DNA of 64,000 nt from the human T2T-CHM13v2.0 reference genome, Homo sapiens: assembly GCF_009914755.1 (NCBI RefSeq), contig NC_060940.1. One strand, written 5' to 3'. Position numbers and translations under genes: made by a program. Positions 54,790 to 64,000 of the stretch are shown in pieces (position 1 is the stretch's first letter; each line of letters starts with the position of its first letter). Below the pieces are notes generated by a model. It saw only the letters and a program-made list of their open reading frames with translations, was not told the DNA's origin and did not search any database.

Positions 54790-55240
54790 AAGAGTTTTGA
54801 GCAGTAAGGTGATGCAATCCTATTCATGTTTTAAAAACATTCTCTGGATGATGGATCAAGAATGCCAGTAGGGAGGGCAAATGCAGAAGCAGGGAGATCA
54901 GAAGGGAGCCTCTGCAGTGGTTCAGGTGAGAGGTGAGAGAGAGAGTCAAAGCATGGGTGGGTGTGGCTGAGATGATGAGAAGCAGTAGGATAAGGGACAT
55001 ATATTGATGATATAATTGACAGTTGCTGCAGAATTGTTTGTGGAAATTGGGAGAAAAGATTCAAGGAGGATTTCTGTGCTTTGGGCTTGAGGATGGTGGT
55101 TCATGATGGACCTATTTGTCTTGATAATGGGAGGACAGGGGTGGGAGCTGACATGGGAAAGAGATGAGTGCCTGTTAAATTCTACAGTGGAAATCTTGAG
55201 TGGGTGGTTAGAAATAAGAGTCTGGAGCCAAGGGGAGATG
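54790..55240 (-). mobile_element. L2 fragment
   Basis: gagttttgagcagtaaggtgatg...gaagcagggagatcag...tgcagtggttcaggtgagag. Confidence 0.65.
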
Positions 55241-56299
55241 TGGGAAGCTGGAGAGAAAGTGGAAAAGGACTATGTCTATAAATATGCCCGATGCAAAGCG
55301 TGGCATAGTCACAGGCAAAAGCTATCCACTTGATCTCAAGAACAATCTTTTTTCACCTTCTGGGCTTCACAAACAAAATAGCACCTTCAGTTTCCATTTC
55401 GGTATAGCAGGTACGGTAACCACAAGAACGTGCAAAGCAGAAACAAAGAGCACTTGGCACCCAAGTCTTATAGAGGCTCATTTCTGATATCTTCTAGGGA
55501 ACTTCTTTGTATAAGGACGTCATAGAGAAGGTTTGTCTTTCATTTGTCTGTAGCAAGGTCGTAATTTTTTTTAATCTTTAAAAAAAATTATTGTTAATAC
55601 AAATAAGTCTATTGTGATTTTTAATTCTAGGAAGAATGCCATACAAATCTTTTTTAGTACACGTTTCTGTTTTATACTGTGATTTGGAGGGGTAAAAAGG
55701 GTAATACAAAATATGGATAGTTTTTTCATTGCTGGAATGTTCCACATTGGGTTCTGCCTTGGCAACGTCTCCTGTGAGCTACAGTTGAGGGCCAAAGCAG
55801 ATGCTCCGTTTTTATGGATCTGTCGATAGCCACATGACTCTGCAACTGCCACTGCCTCCCCACACCCCCTGAGCTGGCGCCAGCACGGAGCAGCTGAATC
55901 CGACTCAGGCTTCATCCCAGCTCACATTCCACCTTCCCGACAAGGACACTGAGGCCCAGAGATGAAGTGGGACTTCCCACCACAAGTCAATGAGGAGATG
56001 GGGTAGCCAGGCCTAAAACCCCGGCCTTTGGCTTACAGCCGCCCGTCATTTTCCCAGGTGCCCACCTCAGAGGCCATCCTTGGAAAAGGAAACGTCACTA
56101 ACCTATGGTTCTGGGGAAATGGAGACGAGAGAGGAAGTAATATGTTGTTCTTCTTTTCTTTAGGCTTCTTTCCACTGGGTAAATCTTCTCCATACATAAT
56201 AAAATGAAGGCCCCAGATGATTTGTGAAAGAGTTGAAATGAACTTCCTGCAATTGAACAAACTATTATGAAGCCCCTACTGTCTTTATCAGCAATTCAC

Positions 56300-56330
56300 A
56301 GTCTTTTGTCCATAAGAATAAGCAGGGGAC

Positions 56331-56361
<31 letters not shown>

Positions 56362-56485
56362 GGTACTTGGGCCTTACCCCAGACTAACTAAATTAGACCC
56401 TCTAGGGTGGACTTTGCTCTCAGTATTTTTCAAAGTTACCCATGCTATTCCAACGTACAGCCAGGAATGAGAACAAACTGGTCTA
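56300..56485 (+). mobile_element. MER5-family element with an internal A24 run (56333-56356)
   Basis: gggccttaccccagactaactaaattaga...cagccaggaatgagaacaaactg. Confidence 0.6.
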
Positions 56486-56509
56486 TGGTACTGTGCTAAT
56501 TGATCCTGT

Positions 56510-56725
56510 CTTTGGTTCTCAAGTTGGGGTGATTTGGCCTCTGCAGAGGATAAAAGGAAATGTCTGGAGACTTTTGGTTGTCACCGTTGGGATGGGGGCT
56601 GCCGTTGGCTTCTAGTGGGTAGAGGTCAGTGATGCTTTTTAACCTCCTACAATGCACTAGACAACCTCCACCACAAAGAATTATCTGGCCCCAAACATCG
56701 ATAGTGCCAAGGTGGAGAAACCCTA
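56510..56725 (+). mobile_element. MER20
   Basis: aatgtctggagacttttggttgtcac...ctagtgggtagaggtcagtgatgct...agaattatctggcccc...gagaaaccct. Confidence 0.85.
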
Positions 56726-56794
56726 GGCTTATGGATGCCATGGGAAACACCAGTTACCTGGATGTAAATCCATGGTAAAATAACATAGATGCTA

Positions 56795-57240
56795 TGACAT
56801 GTGGCCCACTGGAAGACACCCATGTCAAATCCCAGGAGCCAGTGAATGTGAGCTTATTTGGCAAAAGAGTCTTTGCAGAGGTAATTAAGTTGGGGGTCTT
56901 GAGATCAAATAATCCTGAATTATCTGAGCGTATCCTAAATTGAATTTCAAGTGGCCTTGTAAGAGTCATAGAGGAAAACAGATACACAGGGGAGAGGGTG
57001 ATATAACCATAGAGGCAGAAATTACAGCAATATGGCCCCAAGCCAAGGATTCCCAGAGCCACCAGGAGGTGGATGAAGCAAGGAAGGATCCTTTTTTAGA
57101 GACTTCCAAAAAAGCGTGGCCCTGCTGACACCTTGATTTAGGTCTTCTGGCCTCCAGAGGTATGAGAGAATAAATCCCTATTGTTTTTTTGCCACAAGGT
57201 TTGTAGTAATTTGGTATGGCAGCAATAGGAAACCGATCAG
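56795..57240 (+). mobile_element. MLT1D-like solo LTR
   Basis: gtgaatgtgagcttatttggcaaaagagtctttgcaga...gagagaataaat...gcagcaataggaaac. Confidence 0.8.
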
Positions 57241-57836
57241 ATGCCTGTGCCTTTGTTTGCAAAATTCAACAAAGCACATTAGGAGAGATGGGGTCCATGA
57301 GAAGGGATAGGATGCATGCAACTCATAAGGCTGAAGACAGACGGGAGTGGGAGTAGGAAAGTCTAGAAGAGAATCTGACAAAGATGCGGGTGAAACTCTG
57401 AACCCCTGGCCAGGGCAGGGAAGTCATGAAGGCCAAGCAACACATCCAGTGATGATTCTTCTGTCGACATTTCATTTCTGAAAACTGGTTGTTTCATTAA
57501 ATTTTTTGGTTTTTCAGATCTCAAGGTGTCAGTATCTTGTAACAGTAATGAGCTTGATTCGCTGTGAAAAGCAAGACGTGTGAAATAGAAACAAACTTAA
57601 ACTTTTAATAATTTCATTTACTAATGGTCACTAATGACCTAGAACCCAAGACACATATCTTTAAAAAAATTAGATTAGGGAAATGATATATAAGCAAAAT
57701 AATAATTTAGTAAAAGGTGTAATTATTTTTCTTCCTTTTGTAAAAGTTATTTGTAATTAACAAATGATCATTTGTATATTTTTCTAGTAACACCTAAAAC
57801 TTCCTGATCTTTATCCGTTTAACCAACATGTATGGT

Positions 57837-58688
<852 letters not shown>

Positions 58689-60277
58689 ACTCAGCAGTGC
58701 AACATCAGTGACTCCTTTGTGGGAGTCCCACACACCGCTGTTCACACAGGGAACACCAGTGCCCGGTGGAGCTGCGGGCTTTTGAGACCTCCCGAGTCGC
58801 TTTGTGTGCACAATGCCGTGACTCTGGATTTGTACAGTATGACCCTCAGACGCTGGAACAGGAGCACACGCCAAAGAGAAAAAGGAGTGGAGATGACTGA
58901 GATCTCATAAATCCATAATGGGCCTGCTCTGTATTAATAAAACAATCTCAATGGTGGAGCTCCATAAAAGAGAGGCATAGGCTGATGTAATTTCCTTGAA
59001 GTCCCCTATAAAGCATTTTACTCTGTAATACAGCTACATTTATGAAGTGGTTTTATCTTGAAAGATCCCAAAGGGCTTACTAGACTGAAAAGGAAAATAT
59101 CAAGTACACGACATCTCAAAACACCACCAATGTACTTCGGTGATAACAGTTGGGGATTCTGTGACAGCAGGTAGCCCTCTTAAAAAGCAGACAGCGGCTT
59201 AGCCCATTAAACCTCCAGGGAGAAGTAAAGAGAAAGAGGAGATAATTGTCCACATTGGATAAGGGCCACACAGGTTTTCTTTATTAATAAAGGCCATGGC
59301 TTGTTTCCATCCGCCACGTGGATTTAAGTGGGTGAGCTTTATCAACATCATTCTCCTTATTTGAAATAAAAGAAAGAAACCAACTTATAACACTTCTTCA
59401 TAAAGGGACTGAGAAAATATATGTAAAGCTTCCAGTGGTTAATAGAGGTCAGGTGTAGCCAGTGTAATTTAGAAGCTGTGCATTTTAAAAAGTAAAATAT
59501 AACCTACAGTTATAAAATATATCCGACAGGAAAAATATCTTTTCCCAGCCAAATTTTACTGAATCCAGTCCTGTCGAAATGACTGATCCTGGGTTTTTTT
59601 CTTCCTTGTTGCTGTCCTGGTTAGGACATGGTGGCACTAACTTTTAGTGAATTAGCCGAGGATATAGGGGAATGGTTGGCAGGGGCCAGAAGTCCTTCTT
59701 GATTATCCTCCAAGAATATCACCCCACTGGGAGCTAAGAAGGAAGGTGGAAGCACCAGGTGATGTAAGTTTAGCAATCGCTGAGTACTGTCAAAGAAAGC
59801 AGTCTGAGACTTCAAAGTAAATAAAAAGTAGCTCCCCTTTCTTCAAAAATGTTAAAACTGATCCACTCTCTAACCAGGAATACTGTTGTCTCACATTCCC
59901 TCTGCAGTTTCTCTCATCCCACTTCTGCTTCCAGCCCAAACCCCTCACCCGTCTCGTTTTCCCACCAGAAAGTACTCCTTGTCTTTTTACTAATACTTTG
60001 CTTCTTCCCTCCCCACACGATCTCTCCAAAGCCTGGGAACTGAGCTAGCAAAGAGAATGCTCTTCTGAGCTTGGAGCTGAACAAGGAGCCCCTATGGAGG
60101 AGACAAAGATGCAAAATTTTTAGTTTGGTTTTATTCTCATTTAAGTTTTCTATGGAGTATTTTTCTTGTGATTTAATCTTTGGATGAGACTATCAATGTA
60201 CGTTTCTTCTAATTTTATTTTTCAAATATTCCATTGCAAACTTATTTAGCATTTATAATTGAATACTGATAAGTGAA

Positions 60278-60552
60278 TTTATTTATTCATTTATTTATTC
60301 ATTTATTTTGAGATGCATTCTCACTCTGCCACCCAAGCTGGAGTACAGTGGTGTGATCTTGGCTCACTGCAACCTCTACTTCCAGGTTCAAGGGATTCTC
60401 CTGCCATGGCCAGTATTATTTTTTAAATTTTTAGTAGTGACGGGGTTTCACCGTGTTGGCCAGGCTGGTCTCAAACTACTGACCTCAAGTGATCTGCCAG
60501 CCTCAGTCTCCCAAAGTGCTGGGATTACAGGCATGAGCCACTGCTCCCGGCC
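60278..60552 (-). mobile_element. AluS with an internal deletion
   Basis: (TTTA)n tail, Alu body lacking part of the right arm. Confidence 0.9.
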
Positions 60553-60854
60553 AGTAAACTTTATTTTATTTTAAAAACCTGTTTTGGAGTATTAGCCCAC
60601 TGGTTTACATTGTCTTCCTTACATACATCACACCCATATGGAGGAGTACTTTAAAGACAAAGTTGCAATCTGGTAGCATAGCTGCCCAGTGGAGAAAAAG
60701 TGCACATGTAAAGCCTGAGTAATTCAGGGCATGAAAATATCCCTGTCAGCCAATCAGTCAACGAGTTGACCAAGCGTCTTGGCTAGCCTCAGAGGTACCT
60801 TGGCAGGCAGGCTCAGGCATTGTGCAGCCCTGTGTAAAATTTTCCTCATAGTAA

Positions 60855-61208
<354 letters not shown>

Positions 61209-61369
61209 TATTTTTCCTATTTTATTAATGAGAAAACTGAGGCTCAGAGATGCTAAATAACATATCTGAGTTCATCACTGCCAGTCAATCTGGGCTCAAA
61301 CATTCCGATCCAGATTGCTCTGATTCTAGAGCCTTTGTTCTGGAAATCTGTCTTTTATAATACACAGGG

Positions 61370-62990
61370 ATTTTATTTTTAACCTTTTATTTTGAAATGA
61401 ATTCAGACTTACAGGAAAGTTGCAAAAAGAATGTAGGTAATTCCTTTATATTTTTAGTTCAAATTTTTCAAATGTTAACATATTATCACATTTACTTAAT
61501 GATTCCTCCCTCCCCCAACTATTGAAGAGAAAATTGCAGACTCGATGCCCCTTTTCCCCTCATCTTCAGTGTGATATTTCCCAAAAACAAGGATGTTTTT
61601 TCTCTCTCATAGAATCACAGAACAATGATCAAATCAGCAAATTAACGCTATTAAAAATTATCTAATCAACACACTTAATTTGGATTTATCCAATTACCGC
61701 ACTAATGTTTTTTTATTGCAAAAGAAAATATTTTGGCCCAGGATCTAATCCAGGATTTAATATTGCCTCAGATCTCATGTCTCTTTAGGTTCCTTTAATC
61801 TGGAAAAGTTCTTCATCTTTGTTCTGTCTTTCGTGACCATGACATAGTTGAAGATTATAGGTTGGTTAGTTTGTTCGGTGTCTCCCATGATTAGATCCAG
61901 GTTAAAGAAACAGCTGGAAAGAAAGTACAAGCAAGGAACTTCCTATGTCAACACCTAAATAATCTCTGCCACCCCCACCCCCATGGCTTTACCCCATCAC
62001 ATCCTCACAAACTCCCCTCTACCTCCACATTTTAGGTGATTCTCTTTCCTCTTACATTTTCTCATAGTCTGCCCTCCCTTTATAGCTCTAATCACAACTT
62101 GAATTGTATAACAAATTCTATAATGATTTTTTTAAAACTGACTTCCCCATTAGGGTGTATGCTCCCTGGGGACTGAGCTCATACCTGGTTCGTATTTGCG
62201 CCCGCTGAATCCTCAACACCTAGTACAATTCTCAGTAAGCAGTCCCTAAAGCTAGGTGATTACTCTGTATGTGTTAGTGAAATGCATTAAGTACCCATTT
62301 CCCCTTGGCGTGGGAAGCCCACAGGAACAGCATTTTCCTGCCTTACTTCTGAAGTCCTTGAACTCACGCTCCTACTGGAGTGATGGCAAGGCCACTGGAA
62401 AGCCAGGTCGGAGAACAGAGACCCCCCCAGCCTGCTTTCACAGTTGGTTCCGGCAGTTGTTGCATTTGTGGCAAGAACCTCATGGCAGTATTGTGTCCTT
62501 CACATTGCTTTGTATCAGGCAGCATGTAGCAGGCTTTTGTGTCCTTACTGGTGACATTAACTTGGACCACTTACAGAGGGTGGTGTCTGCCAGGTTTCTC
62601 CTATATAAACTTAATTTTTCCTCCTTTGTAACTAACAAGGGTCTTGGAAGGAGATATTTCCAGACTACACAAATACCTTGTTTCTTTTCATATTTTCACC
62701 CACTGATTCTAGGCTTCTTTGATAATTTTTGCCCTCCTGCCCCACCAAAAAATATTTTACCATTATGGTTACCAAATGGCGATTCTCTAATGGCATGAGT
62801 CCTTCTACATTTATTTGTTGGCATTCTATTTTAAGGAAAAGCTCCCCCCAACTTAAGAATTTATTTCCAATTTTAAAAGTTTCATTACTATGGTTTTATG
62901 GGTTCTTTTTTTATTCTGTAGGGTAACAATCTGTTGCTACCCTTATTTATTCTTGTGCGCCAATTGTCCACCGTTTGTCCAGTGGGAAGC
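61370..62990 (-). mobile_element. L1MC3/4-like 3' region, interrupted by duplication copy 2
   Basis: ttttattttgaaatgaattcagacttacaggaaagttgcaaaa...catgattagatccaggtta, resumes tgcatttgtggcaagaa...ggtgtctgccaggtttctcc. Confidence 0.75.
61901..62447 (+). repeat. Copy 2 (inserted) of the dispersed duplication
   Basis: gttaaagaaacagctggaaagaaagtac...cctgctttcacagttgg matches 57837-57848 plus 58159-58688. Confidence 0.9.
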
Positions 62991-63599
62991 CTAACATGCA
63001 GTTTTTATATTGAAGTATCCTAGCACGTCAACTTTTATTGCTTCACTTAAAATCTGCCACCTTCCACCTTCATGTCCTGAATCCTTTATCTAGAAAATGT
63101 GTAATTTTCCAAGAAGGCCTCAGACCCAGTGGTCCAGTTACTGTCTGTTTTTGCTGACTAACTCTTGAAATAAGAATTTTTTTAAAAGCTGGTAGTAGGG
63201 ATGAAGGGGGTTAAGTGACAGTTCTCCTAAGAAGCATACTCATGGCCCTGCCAGCGGCTTGGAGACATAAGGGAGGTAAACTGAAATCTTTCCTGAACAC
63301 TTCATGCTTTTTGGTTTCTCTCCACTTTTTAACACACTGCAGTGTAATTCCCTCCACTATCCTGAAAACATGGATTTAGATTCCAAGACCCATCTCTCCT
63401 TCTGTGAAGCCATCCTCCCTGCCCCACCCAGGCAGGATGAATTATTCTCTTCTTGGCAGCTCTAGAAGCCCTGGTATAGGCTTTTGTTCTAGCATCAGTC
63501 ATATGGTGTTATAACTATTTTTGACACTCCGTTCCCCTCAATAGGCTGTGAGCCTTTCACAAATGGGTTTTTACATATATCTGTGTTAAGTAATAATAA

Positions 63600-63885
<286 letters not shown>

Positions 63886-63944
63886 TAAACATTTTTAATT
63901 ATTTAAAAATGTGTTAGAATCGATATCTAGGTCATTGTGTAAAC

Positions 63945-64000
63945 CAAAGGCCAGCAAACTTTCCTGCAAAGGGCCAGGTAGGCTTTGTAGGTGATATAGT
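63945..64000 (+). mobile_element. MER58-like start, truncated by the window edge
   Basis: ggccagcaaactttcctgcaaagggccaggtaggctttg. Confidence 0.55.

Overview
This is primate, almost certainly human, non-coding genomic DNA. It carries AluY/S/J, THE1 and MLT1 (ERVL-MaLR) LTRs, an LTR9, L1, L2, CR1/L3, MIR and MER DNA transposons. I see no credible protein-coding exon, RNA gene, CpG island or prokaryotic system. The listed ORFs are chance frames or repeat read-throughs, and I cannot name the locus. Repeat family calls rest on consensus sequences as I remember them, so subfamily names and boundaries are approximate. The main observations are: (1) a ~550 bp segment (57837-58688) copied ~3.7 kb downstream into an old L1 (61901-62447), with junction microhomology and the copy preserving the empty pre-Alu site; (2) a probable AmnSINE1 remnant next to a repeat-free block holding a palindromic T-box-like site; (3) an AluY whose sequence was rewritten by a fold-back templated mutation; (4) a strong minus-strand bias of L1 and LTR elements, suggesting an intron of a plus-strand transcription unit; (5) a two-LTR THE1D element, and an LTR9 with two octamers nested in MER1B inside MER5A. 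I found no evidence of a new multi-gene biological system.
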